From NCBI GenBank assembly GCA_046583315.1, contig JAYGCN010000246.1, forward strand, positions 1 through 19,104: 19,104 bases of DNA, read 5' to 3'. Both the position numbers and the translations under genes were made by a program. The notes under the pieces were generated by a model. It was not told where the DNA came from. It was given only the letters and a program-made list of their open reading frames with translations, and did no database searches. This DNA is from Candidatus Hydrogenedentota bacterium (GTDB lineage: Bacteria; Hydrogenedentota; Hydrogenedentia; Hydrogenedentales; GCA-2746185). Below are positions 1 through 7,925 of the stretch, in pieces (position 1 is the first letter of the stretch; each line of letters begins with the position of its first letter).

Positions 1-1
1 G

Positions 2-1240
2 GGCGGGTATTTTGACCGAACGGATGTTTTTTCGGGGGTGAGCACGCCAATTTATGCGCGGGCGTTGGTGGTTTCGAATAGTGAGACGCAGGTCGGCATT
101 GTTGTTCTCGATTTGTGTTATGTGTCGCGGGAACTGACGGAACAGGCGCGCGTGGAAATTGAGAAACAGACGGGTATGCCGGGCGAAAACATCATCGTCA
201 GCGCGACGCATACCCATTCGGCACCGTCCGGATTTATGGGCGCGCGATTCCTGGGTCGTGAAGAACAACCGGAACTTTCGGCCTTCCTGCTCAAGCAAAC
301 GATCGAAGCGATCGTCACTGCGCACGGAAATCTCGAACCCGCGACGGTCGGATTTGCGTATGGCGATCTACCCGGCATGACACGCAACCGTCAACAGAAC
401 AATGACCTCGTCGACCCAAAGGTGGGTGTGCTAAAGCTTCAGAAGAAAGACTCCCGTGAATACATCGCCGTCCTCGCGAATTACACCGGACACCCGGTCA
501 TCCTCGGCGGCAATAATCTTCTGCTCTCCTCCGAGTTCCCCGGACAAGCCTGCACTACGGTCGAAGAAAATCTCGGCGGCGTGACTATCTTCACACAAGG
601 AGCGTGCGGCGACATCACTGTGCATCGAAGCGGTCCTCCTTTCGAAGAAGTGAAACGAGTCGGCCGCGTGATCGGCGGTGAAATCGTCAAAGTTGCCGAA
701 CAGATTCGCGCAACGGAAGACAACACGCTCTTTTCGGAATATCGCCCCGTAAAAGTTGAATCGCGCGAGGTACCGACCATCGAAGAGGCTCAAGCTGATA
801 TCGAAATACGTAAGAAGTCCTATGCGGATGCCCAAGAAAACGAAACACCTGACTACATCCTCAAGAATCTGAAACGTGAAATAAATGCGGCAGGCACGAC
901 CTTGGTCGTCGCGAAAAGCGTTGAAAAGAATCCAAGTCTTCTTGATTATTCCACCAGCACCAGCACCCAGGTCATGCAAATCGGTCCCATGGTCGCCGTC
1001 GCCATTCCCGGCGAAATGTTCGTCGAATACCAACTCGAACTCAAACAACGCATCCAGCAAGACGTCGACAAGCCCGCCATCATCATCGGATACGCCAACG
1101 ATTATATCGGCTACATCATTACCCCCCGCGCACACGAGACCGGCGGTTACGAAAAGGCCATCTCACGGGTTTCGCCCACCGCTGGCCGTCAGCTAACGGA
1201 AACTGCCATGGACATCGTACAGCGAAACATTAGTCGGTGA
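2..1240 (+). CDS. Neutral/alkaline ceramidase-like amidohydrolase (5'-truncated)
   Basis: The frame is open from base 2 (GGYFDRTDVFSGVSTPIYARAL), so the true start lies upstream of the window. Family motifs ATHTHSAP, NYTGHP, QGACGDI, PGEMF, GYANDYIGYI and GGYE are present. Confidence 0.8.
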   Translation, partial: GGYFDRTDVFSGVSTPIYARALVVSNSETQVGIVVLDLCYVSRELTEQARVEIEKQTGMPGENIIVSATHTHSAPSGFMGARFLGREEQPELSAFLLKQTIEAIVTAHGNLEPATVGFAYGDLPGMTRNRQQNNDLVDPKVGVLKLQKKDSREYIAVLANYTGHPVILGGNNLLLSSEFPGQACTTVEENLGGVTIFTQGACGDITVHRSGPPFEEVKRVGRVIGGEIVKVAEQIRATEDNTLFSEYRPVKVESREVPTIEEAQADIEIRKKSYADAQENETPDYILKNLKREINAAGTTLVVAKSVEKNPSLLDYSTSTSTQVMQIGPMVAVAIPGEMFVEYQLELKQRIQQDVDKPAIIIGYANDYIGYIITPRAHETGGYEKAISRVSPTAGRQLTETAMDIVQRNISR

Positions 1241-1284
1241 GTCAAGATTAGTCGATCGAGTGTGCATAAAGGCCCTTTATAATA

Positions 1285-1328
1285 TAGTCAAAATTAAACT
1301 TGACTAAAATGATAAGTTATGTAATAAT
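1285..1328 (+). promoter_or_regulatory. Putative sigma70 promoter of the sulfite reductase operon overlapped by an Rrf2-family-like operator
   Basis: TTGACT (1300-1305), 17 bp, then AATAAT (1323-1328) preceded by TG. Inverted repeat TAGTCAA-N8-TTGACTA (1285-1306). AAACTTGACTAAAATGATAAGTTAT resembles IscR type-1/CymR-like boxes. Confidence 0.55.
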
Positions 1329-1369
1329 TAAACCAAATACGAACCAACACGTGGAGCACGTCTAGAACC

Positions 1370-3136
1370 ATGAGCAATGAACTTACAAAAGATCTACCGA
1401 AGAAAAAGAAGCTGACCCCCGTTGAGGGCTTCAAAGAAAACAGTCGAGGCCTCAGCGGATCCATCGTCACGGATCTGGGCGAAGATGTCGATCATTTCCA
1501 GGAAGAATCCATCCAACTCCTGAAACATCACGGCACCTATCAGCAGGACAATCGTGAAACCCGCAAGGAACGCAAAGCGGCTGGTCTCGGCAAAGATTAT
1601 TCGATGATGATCCGCACGAAATTCCCAGGCGGCCATCTCACGGCTGAGCAATACCTCATCTGTGACGACCTCTCGAAGAAATACGGCAGCAACGATCTAC
1701 GTGCGACTTCACGCCAATGCTTCCAATTTCGCGGCGTGGTCAAAGGTAACCTGCGCGGACTGCTTCACGATCTCAATCATCTTGCTCAGGTCACCTCCAT
1801 GGGTGCATGCGGCGATGTCGTGCGTAACACGATGGCCTCACCGGTAGCGGACTTCGACCCGGCCTACGAGAATCTCGGCGTAGACCTGCAAGCGCTTGCG
1901 AAAACGATAAGCGATCATTTTTTGCCAGAAACAACCGCCTATTACGATCTCTGGCTCGACGATAAAAAGGCAACCGTACACGAAAACGATACGGTCACCT
2001 TTGACGGCGAAGCCATCGCGCCTGATGAGCCCATTTACGGCAAGACCTATCTGCCCCGTAAATTTAAAATCGGACTCGCCACCGACTTCGATAATTCCGT
2101 CGATGTCTACACTCAAGACGTCGGCATCGTCGCCGTGACTGAAAATGGCGTGGCCGTCGGATTCGAGGTCATCGCAGGCGGCGGACTCGGTTACAGCCAC
2201 GGTCGCTCCGGCGCAACCTATGCACGCTCCGGCTCCCCCATCGCCTACGTCCAGGAAGACGACATCATTCCGCTCATCGAAGCCATCGTGAAAGTACAAC
2301 GCGACTTCGGCGATCGCACCAATCGTAAACACGCGCGTCTCAAATACACGATTGACGACCTTGGATTGGACGTCTTCCGCGCCAAAGTGGAAGAATACGC
2401 CGGCCGCAAATTCGATGCACCAAAAGGCGACATCGACTGCACGAATCAACCGGGCTTCCTCGGCTGGCACAAGCAAACCAACGGCAAGAATTACCTCGGA
2501 GTATGGGTCGAAAACGGCCGCATCATGGATGTAGATGGCAAATGGCAATTCAAAACTGGACTGCGCGCCATCATCGAGAAATACAAGCCCGGCATCCGTC
2601 TCACACCGATGAGCAAGGTTCTACTGACCGATATCCACGACGCAGACAAGGCCGATATCGATGCCATGCTCGGTGAATACGGCATCCCCACCAGCGACAC
2701 CGTCAGCCCCCTGCGTAGTCGTGAGATGGCGTGCCCCGCATTGCCCATGTGTCCGCTCGCAACCTCCGAAGCCGAGCGGTGCCTGCCCGACATCATGGCC
2801 CAACTCGAAGACATGGGCCACGGCGATGCCGACGTGATTGTGCGCATGAGCGGATGTCCCAATGGATGCCCGCGCCCCGTGTCCGCCGAAATCGGAATCG
2901 TCGGCAAAGGCACGAATCAGTATTGCTTCCACGTCGGAAGCAACAAAGGTTCGCGATTTAACGACAAACTATACGAGGTCGTCCGTACCGAGCAACTCGC
3001 CCCGGTGATGGACGTGCTCTTCACCGAATGGAAATCAAAACGTAGCGACGCTCAGAGCTTCGGCGACTGGTCCCACGACACAGGACTCGATGCCTTACGC
3101 GAACTGGTCGACGCAAGTGGTGCACTCAGTGACTAA
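1370..3136 (+). CDS. cysI: Assimilatory sulfite reductase hemoprotein (siroheme/4Fe-4S; CysI/Sir family)
   Basis: Motifs LLKHHGTYQQDNR, GACGDVVRN, YGKTYLPRKFKI, RKHARLKY, and the cofactor cysteines MACPALPMC and RMSGCPNGC. GGAG upstream of ATG 1370. Confidence 0.93.
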   Translation: MSNELTKDLPKKKKLTPVEGFKENSRGLSGSIVTDLGEDVDHFQEESIQLLKHHGTYQQDNRETRKERKAAGLGKDYSMMIRTKFPGGHLTAEQYLICDDLSKKYGSNDLRATSRQCFQFRGVVKGNLRGLLHDLNHLAQVTSMGACGDVVRNTMASPVADFDPAYENLGVDLQALAKTISDHFLPETTAYYDLWLDDKKATVHENDTVTFDGEAIAPDEPIYGKTYLPRKFKIGLATDFDNSVDVYTQDVGIVAVTENGVAVGFEVIAGGGLGYSHGRSGATYARSGSPIAYVQEDDIIPLIEAIVKVQRDFGDRTNRKHARLKYTIDDLGLDVFRAKVEEYAGRKFDAPKGDIDCTNQPGFLGWHKQTNGKNYLGVWVENGRIMDVDGKWQFKTGLRAIIEKYKPGIRLTPMSKVLLTDIHDADKADIDAMLGEYGIPTSDTVSPLRSREMACPALPMCPLATSEAERCLPDIMAQLEDMGHGDADVIVRMSGCPNGCPRPVSAEIGIVGKGTNQYCFHVGSNKGSRFNDKLYEVVRTEQLAPVMDVLFTEWKSKRSDAQSFGDWSHDTGLDALRELVDASGALSD

Positions 3137-3170
3137 TTCACGAACTGACATAGCGAATCCAAAGGAAACC

Positions 3171-3902
3171 TTGCTCGCGCAGGACCCTGCGTTGCTCGAA
3201 GAACTCAACGCCATGCCCGCCGAAGATCTCATTCGCTGGGCCTGGGACAACTTCGGCGATCGCGTCGGCATCATCACCAGCTTCCAGGACACCGGCTGTG
3301 TCATGATCGATATGGCGAGTCGAGTGGCTCCGGGTATGCGCGTGTTGACCATTGATACACTTCGTCTACATCCAGAGACCTACGCGCTAATGAACGAAAT
3401 CGAAAGTAAATACAATCTCGCAATTGAACACTACCGACCCGATACGGATCGTCTGAAACGCATGGTTGCCCAACACGGCGAGTTCCTCTTCTTCGACAGC
3501 AAAGCCAAACAGGAATACTGCTGCCAGATTCGCAAAGTAGAGCCCAACATCCGTGCACTGCAAACCATCGACGTGTGGATTACCGGTCTGCGCCAGGACC
3601 ATTCAGACAGCCGAAGTGATACGCCCAAGGCGCAGTACTCCGAGAACGAGTGGAACACCCTGCTCAAACTCGCGCCCCTCGCCGATTGGAATACCGAGCA
3701 GACGCAAGTCTACGTCGATGAAAAAGGTGTTCCGAAAAACGCGCTCTACGACCAAGGTTACACTTCCATCGGTTGCCATACCTGCTCTACGCCCACCCTG
3801 CCGCACGAAGGCAAACGCGCGGGACGCTGGCGCTGGTTCAATTCGATGGACCCTGATGCCGATAAAGAATGCGGTATCCACAACGAAGGCGGCGGCATTT
3901 AG
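3171..3902 (+). CDS. cysH: Adenosine 5'-phosphosulfate (APS)/PAPS reductase, 4Fe-4S APS-reductase type
   Basis: Motifs TSFQ, IDTLRLHPETY, CC (EYCCQIRKVEP), WITGLR, SIGCHTC, RAGRW and C-terminal ECGIH. Start placed at TTG 3171 after AAGGA; the ORF-track start at 3090 overlaps cysI. Confidence 0.92.
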   Translation: MLAQDPALLEELNAMPAEDLIRWAWDNFGDRVGIITSFQDTGCVMIDMASRVAPGMRVLTIDTLRLHPETYALMNEIESKYNLAIEHYRPDTDRLKRMVAQHGEFLFFDSKAKQEYCCQIRKVEPNIRALQTIDVWITGLRQDHSDSRSDTPKAQYSENEWNTLLKLAPLADWNTEQTQVYVDEKGVPKNALYDQGYTSIGCHTCSTPTLPHEGKRAGRWRWFNSMDPDADKECGIHNEGGGI

Positions 3903-3928
3903 GCCCTGCCAGCCACGACTCGAACACC

Positions 3929-3959
3929 AAACGTCCCTGCAAACGCGGGGGCGTTTTTT
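3929..3959 (+). terminator. Rho-independent terminator of cysI-cysH
   Basis: AAACGTCCCTGC-AAAC-GCGGGGGCGTTT hairpin (with G-U pairs) ending in a T-run. Confidence 0.8.
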
Positions 3960-4077
3960 CATGCCTACCTACTAGTTTCGACACGCAAGAATCTTGATGA
4001 CAAATCAGTGCACATCCGATATCATGGACAGTACATGATTGGCAGGACATCCGAACCTCAGGGAAGGAACCAACCCC

Positions 4078-4335
4078 ATGATTTCGCACCTCGATCCCAA
4101 AGAAATCGTACGACAGATCAGAAAAAACTGGATCCACGAGGCATCCTGTCCGCTCTGCGGTCGTCACGACTGGGCGGTGCAACACGAACTCTACGAATTA
4201 CGCCAACACAACGGAAACAACGTCATCGGTGGCGAAACCGTAATCCCTATCGTACCCGTCACCTGCAAAAAATGCGGCAACACCGTCATGATCAACGGCA
4301 TCATCGCTGGCGTCGTGGAATGCGAAAGCCAATAA
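4078..4335 (+). CDS. Small zinc-ribbon hypothetical protein (CPLC...CKKC), 85 aa
   Basis: GGAAGGA RBS before ATG 4078, and two CxxC pairs separated by about 35 aa. Confidence 0.75.
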   Translation: MISHLDPKEIVRQIRKNWIHEASCPLCGRHDWAVQHELYELRQHNGNNVIGGETVIPIVPVTCKKCGNTVMINGIIAGVVECESQ

Positions 4336-4336
4336 G

Positions 4337-4425
4337 GATACAAAGTATTCGGTGATTTCTCTTTGCTTCTTTCTCCTTTTCTAAATAGAAAGAAGAGCGG
4401 TTGAAGTTGTTACCCTTCAACCGCT
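4337..4425 (+). repeat. Intergenic REP/MITE-like structured repeat, copy 1, with tandem hairpins
   Basis: GATAC-aaa-GTATT, TGATT and TCTTTGCTTCT are shared with 19067-19104. Inverted repeats CTTCTTTCT/AGAAAGAAG (4366-4395) and AGCGGTTGAAG/CTTCAACCGCT (4396-4425). Confidence 0.5.
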
Positions 4426-4467
4426 ACTCTGACTCCTTCAATTCAACATTCCTAAAGGAGCACTCCC

Positions 4468-5262
4468 ATGGCCGATCTTGAAGTTTCCATTGAAAACGGT
4501 ATCGCCACATTGACGATGAACCGTCCCGAAGCCCGCAACGCCTTATCCAACGAGATGAAACAGGCCCTGACCGATATCCTGCACGACATCGAACTCGACG
4601 ACTCAGTTCGTTGCGTCGTGCTCACCGGCGAAGGCGATCACTTCATGGCCGGTGGTGACGTCAAAGGCATGTTCGAAACCTTCAAGCAAACGCCAGATGA
4701 AATCGAAAAGGCCTACAACCTACGCATCCACGGGCTTCACACCATCATGTACCCCATGCGCCGCATGGCCAAACCCATCATCGCCTCCGTACACGGTGCC
4801 GCTGCCGGCGCGGGCGTATCCTTCGCGCTTTGCTGCGACCTCGTCATCTGTTCCGACGACGCATTCTTCACACTCGCCTACTGCAACATCGGTACCAGTC
4901 CCGACGGCGCATCCACCTTCCACCTGCCTCGCACGATGGGCATCAAAAAAGCCATGGAAATGACTTTGTTAGGGGATCGCTTTACGGCTGAAGAAGCCAA
5001 AGACATGGGCATCGTAAACTTCGTCGTGCCCGCGGCTGAGCTCCAAGCCGAAACCACAAAACTCGCCGCGCGCCTTGCCAACGGTCCCACCTACGTATAC
5101 GGTCGCGCCAAGAAACTGCTCTACCAATCCAACGAAACCCACTTCGAATCTCAGCTCCAAGCCGAAGCCGAATCCTTCGCCGCCTGCGCCGCGCGGCAAG
5201 ACTTCAAAGAAGGGGTAACCGCATTCGTGGAGAAACGCAAACCGAATTTCACTGGTTCCTGA
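4468..5262 (+). CDS. Enoyl-CoA hydratase/isomerase (crotonase) family protein, PaaG-like
   Basis: Motifs MNRPEARNAL, FMAGGDVK, HGAAAGAG, IGTSPDGAS and EGVTAFVEKRKP. AAGGAG RBS. Confidence 0.9.
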   Translation: MADLEVSIENGIATLTMNRPEARNALSNEMKQALTDILHDIELDDSVRCVVLTGEGDHFMAGGDVKGMFETFKQTPDEIEKAYNLRIHGLHTIMYPMRRMAKPIIASVHGAAAGAGVSFALCCDLVICSDDAFFTLAYCNIGTSPDGASTFHLPRTMGIKKAMEMTLLGDRFTAEEAKDMGIVNFVVPAAELQAETTKLAARLANGPTYVYGRAKKLLYQSNETHFESQLQAEAESFAACAARQDFKEGVTAFVEKRKPNFTGS

Positions 5263-5268
5263 TTAACA

Positions 5269-6180
5269 TTACGCCCGCGGGTGAAACTGTTCGTGCGCTT
5301 TGGTGAGCCGTTCGCGACTCACGTGCGTGTAAATCTGCGTCGTGGCGATGTCGGCGTGTCCAAGCATTTCCTGGACCGCGCGCAGGTCGGCGCCATTGTC
5401 GAGGAGGTGCGTCGCGAAAGAGTGGCGCAGCATGTGGGGCGTAACGTTTTGGCTAATGTTTGCAGCGCGGGCCGCGTGTTTTACGACCTGCCACACGCTC
5501 GTGCGGCTCATCCGATTACCGCGCGTAGACAGAAAAACCGTTTTATCCTTCTGTTTCCAGGTGCCCCGAACCGCATACCACGTCTCCAGAGTCTGGCGCG
5601 CCTTTTCTCCCAGTGGCACGATACGAGTTTTACTTCCCTTGCCACGTACTCGAAGGCTCGATTCATCAAGTTGAACATCCATCAACGGCAACGTCGCCAA
5701 TTCCGAGATGCGCAGTCCACACGAATAAAACAATTCCAGAATGGCCGTGTCCCGCTTGCCCGCGTCGGTTGAGATGCCCGGTGCGGCGAGTATCGCCTCA
5801 ATTTCCAGCCCGGACAGCACGTGCGGCAATGAGCGCAAGGCTCTGGGAGAGTCGAAATCTTGCGTGGGGTTGTCTACCGTGATGTGTTCGTCTTGCAGGA
5901 ATAAATGAAATCGACGGATCGCGCTGAGGTGGCGCGCAATGGACCGTGCGGCAAGATCGTCCTTTCGCAACGCGATGAGATGATCCATGACATCCTCACG
6001 AAGAATGTCGTCAGGTCTATCGATACCGTTTTCGGCGAGATGATCGAGATACCGATTGATATCACTCGCGTAGGCTTCCAGTGATTTATCGGAAAGACCC
6101 GATTCGAAGACGCTTGTGCGAATGAACGCATCCACATGCTGATGCAGTGGTGACGTGGATTCGGATTTCGCGTCGGCCAT
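5269..6180 (-). CDS. xerD: Site-specific tyrosine recombinase XerD
   Basis: Full catalytic set: GLRISE (R), GKGSK (K), PHMLRHSFATHLL (HxxR), LGH, TTQIYTH (Y), ending HPRA. N-terminal SAM-like domain (ESGLSDKSLEAYASD). The exact start (6180 or 6186) is uncertain. Confidence 0.88.
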   Translation of the reverse strand: MADAKSESTSPLHQHVDAFIRTSVFESGLSDKSLEAYASDINRYLDHLAENGIDRPDDILREDVMDHLIALRKDDLAARSIARHLSAIRRFHLFLQDEHITVDNPTQDFDSPRALRSLPHVLSGLEIEAILAAPGISTDAGKRDTAILELFYSCGLRISELATLPLMDVQLDESSLRVRGKGSKTRIVPLGEKARQTLETWYAVRGTWKQKDKTVFLSTRGNRMSRTSVWQVVKHAARAANISQNVTPHMLRHSFATHLLDNGADLRAVQEMLGHADIATTQIYTHVSRERLTKAHEQFHPRA

Positions 6181-6201
6181 GACCATTTCCCCCGGGAACA
6201 C

Positions 6202-6238
6202 AAAAAACGCGCCCCGGTACTTAGTATACCGGGGCGCG
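6202..6238 (-). terminator. Rho-independent terminator after the OmpA-domain gene
   Basis: 12-bp stem CGCGCCCCGGTA/TACCGGGGCGCG with a 6-U tail on the minus strand. Confidence 0.85.
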
Positions 6239-6264
6239 CGGAATAAGAAAAGGGTTAACTTGTC

Positions 6265-6933
6265 TTAGCTTCCAATTTTGATAACGAATACAGCGCGTCG
6301 ATTCTGTGCGCGATTCGAATCTGAGCTGTTCGGTACCGCCGGTGAGGATTCACCTTTACTGACAGCACTCACACGGCTGGCGGCGATGCCTTGGTCGATA
6401 AGCGCATCGGCTACCGAATCGGCACGACGTTGTCCGAGTTTCGTATTGTAATCGGGGTCGCCAGAACCGTTCAGGTCGCAGGTGTGTCCTTCGACAGTGA
6501 CGGTATCGCCACTATTCTGTTTGAGCATGGCCGTAACCTTGCCAACTTCCGCCGTACCAGAACTTTTCAGCGTGGACTTGTCAAAATCGAAGAGTACACT
6601 GTTAAAGACCGGAATGCTGCGTTCTACTTTTGGTGCTGGAGGAGCCGGTGGCGGGGCTGGCGGGGCTGGTGGTGCTGGCGGAGCCGGGGGGGTATACATG
6701 TTATAGACAACCCCACGGTTGCCCCACAATTCTGAGTCGTTGACATTGGACTCGGGTACGGTGGGCCACCACCAGTAACCAGAATAGCGATCACTCTTGA
6801 CAGGACCCGCGGTGGCCCCTGTGTTTCCGAACCAGGACAGGTCGTCCATAGAGCTTGCTGCCGATGCGCCTGGCGAGACAAGCAATGTCACTGTAAATGC
6901 GACAAGAAGTCCCCCTAGAATTAGCTTTTTCAT
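6265..6933 (-). CDS. Secreted OmpA-C-like peptidoglycan-binding protein with a Pro/Ala linker
   Basis: Sec signal (MKKLILGG...GASA), OmpA_C motifs VLFDFDKSTL, VEGHTCD, YNTKLGQRRADSV, KGE and NRR. AGAGGAG RBS. Confidence 0.9.
   Translation of the reverse strand: MKKLILGGLLVAFTVTLLVSPGASAASSMDDLSWFGNTGATAGPVKSDRYSGYWWWPTVPESNVNDSELWGNRGVVYNMYTPPAPPAPPAPPAPPPAPPAPKVERSIPVFNSVLFDFDKSTLKSSGTAEVGKVTAMLKQNSGDTVTVEGHTCDLNGSGDPDYNTKLGQRRADSVADALIDQGIAASRVSAVSKGESSPAVPNSSDSNRAQNRRAVFVIKIGS
6631..6692 (-). repeat. Coding low-complexity (PPA)n linker
   Basis: Translates to PPAPPAPPAPPAPPPAPPAP. Confidence 0.85.
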
Positions 6934-6990
6934 TGTACATACTCCTCTTTCTTGGGTCTGAAAAATTATGCGAAAGGTGCTACGTTCGCT

Positions 6991-7019
6991 ATCGTAGCAT
7001 AGGCGAGGTGTACATGCAA
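6991..7019 (-). promoter_or_regulatory. Putative sigma70 promoter of the OmpA-domain gene
   Basis: Minus strand TTGCAT-17 bp-TACGAT with an extended TG. Confidence 0.5.
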
Positions 7020-7108
7020 ACGATCTATCATGTCACGCCCCCCGAATTCCGCAAGTACGGAGTGAATGCTCCAGAAGTGAGAAAGGTTCCAGTAATTGCG
7101 GGGTATAC

Positions 7109-7146
7109 AAAAAAAAGCTCCCCGAACCTAATGTTCGGGGAGCTTT
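7109..7146 (-). terminator. Rho-independent terminator after the sigma region-4-like gene
   Basis: AAAGCTCCCCGAAC/GTTCGGGGAGCTTT stem with an 8-U tract on the minus strand, just after the stop at 7154. Confidence 0.88.
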
Positions 7147-7153
7147 CTCTAAT

Positions 7154-7570
7154 TTAGGCAGCCGTGCTCAAGCGTGACCGAAGAGCATCGAAAGCCGTTT
7201 CAATGGTTTCGTCGTTCTCCTTGTCAATCACCTTGCGCAATTTTGGTATCGCGCCGCCGACTTTTTTGCCTCCACGCACCGTTCCGAAGAGGTGACGGCT
7301 AACGGTTGACTGGGTCAAATCCAGGATAGTAGCGATATCTTCCTGGGTTTTTCCGTAGAGGTAGTATAGCTTGACGACCTCCATCTGGCGTTGCGTCAAC
7401 TTTGAATCCAGTAAATCCAGCACAACTGGTTTTACTTCGGTGAAGAAGTTCGAAAAAGCATCACGCCTTTCTCTGTCTTCGTCGCTTTCAAACCACAGCG
7501 CACGTTCAGCCGGGAGATTCTCCAAGTATCCTGATTCCGCCGAAACTTCCCAAAAGTCCGAATTGTACAT
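7154..7570 (-). CDS. Stand-alone sigma70 region-4-like helix-turn-helix protein (138 aa)
   Basis: LTQRQMEVVKLYYLYGKTQEDIATILDLTQSTVSRHL is a typical region-4 HTH. Strong AAAGGAGGTG RBS before ATG 7570. No recognisable region 2. Confidence 0.82.
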   Translation of the reverse strand: MYNSDFWEVSAESGYLENLPAERALWFESDEDRERRDAFSNFFTEVKPVVLDLLDSKLTQRQMEVVKLYYLYGKTQEDIATILDLTQSTVSRHLFGTVRGGKKVGGAIPKLRKVIDKENDETIETAFDALRSRLSTAA

Positions 7571-7799
7571 TGCTGTCACCTCCTTTCAAGAGATCTGTGT
7601 TTTCCCAGCAGGCAAAGTCCGCTTTCGTTAGTTCTCGACCAGCCCGATTCACCTTGAGGCCGAGCGTCCCGCGTGTACGGGAAAAGCGCTTCGGGTCTGT
7701 TGGCACCACATGGGCCGGTTTCACTACCTTCGAACGATTCGCGCACCACAGGGCGACGAAACCGTTCATGAGGGTCGCTCGTTTGGTTGCTGTAAACAT
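7506..7799 (-). CDS. Small basic hypothetical ORF / possible second uORF
   Basis: AAAGGAG RBS 7 nt before ATG 7799. The ORF runs over the RBS and start of the region-4 gene in another frame. No recognisable domain. Confidence 0.35.
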   Translation of the reverse strand: MFTATKRATLMNGFVALWCANRSKVVKPAHVVPTDPKRFSRTRGTLGLKVNRAGRELTKADFACWENTDLLKGGDSNVQFGLLGSFGGIRILGESPG

Positions 7800-7853
7800 G
7801 TTCCAGCTCCTTTGGTTGGGTTGGTCACCTTCCCGACCTATTCGGGAGGAAAT

Positions 7854-7895
7854 AAAAAAAAGCCGCCGGTGGATTTTGCTAATCCACCGGCGGCC
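7854..7895 (-). terminator. Attenuator-type intrinsic terminator in the 5' leader
   Basis: Perfect 14-bp stem GCCGCCGGTGGATT/AATCCACCGGCGGC, 5-nt loop and 8 U on the minus strand. No large gene lies upstream on this strand before the promoter. Confidence 0.88.
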
Positions 7896-7925
7896 TGGTT
7901 TGCCGTTTTATGTGAGGTAACCCTT

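Noticed and set aside
5269..6180. Integron integrase or prophage integrase
   Set aside because: The sequence looks like housekeeping XerD, lacks the IntI-specific insertion, and I found no attC arrays, att repeats, dif site or phage genes.
7876..7910. c-di-GMP-I (GEMM) riboswitch suggested by GGCAAACC...GCAAA on the minus strand
   Set aside because: There is no GNRA-capped P2 stem or CUAA receptor in the expected places, and the sequence is explained by the terminator hairpin.
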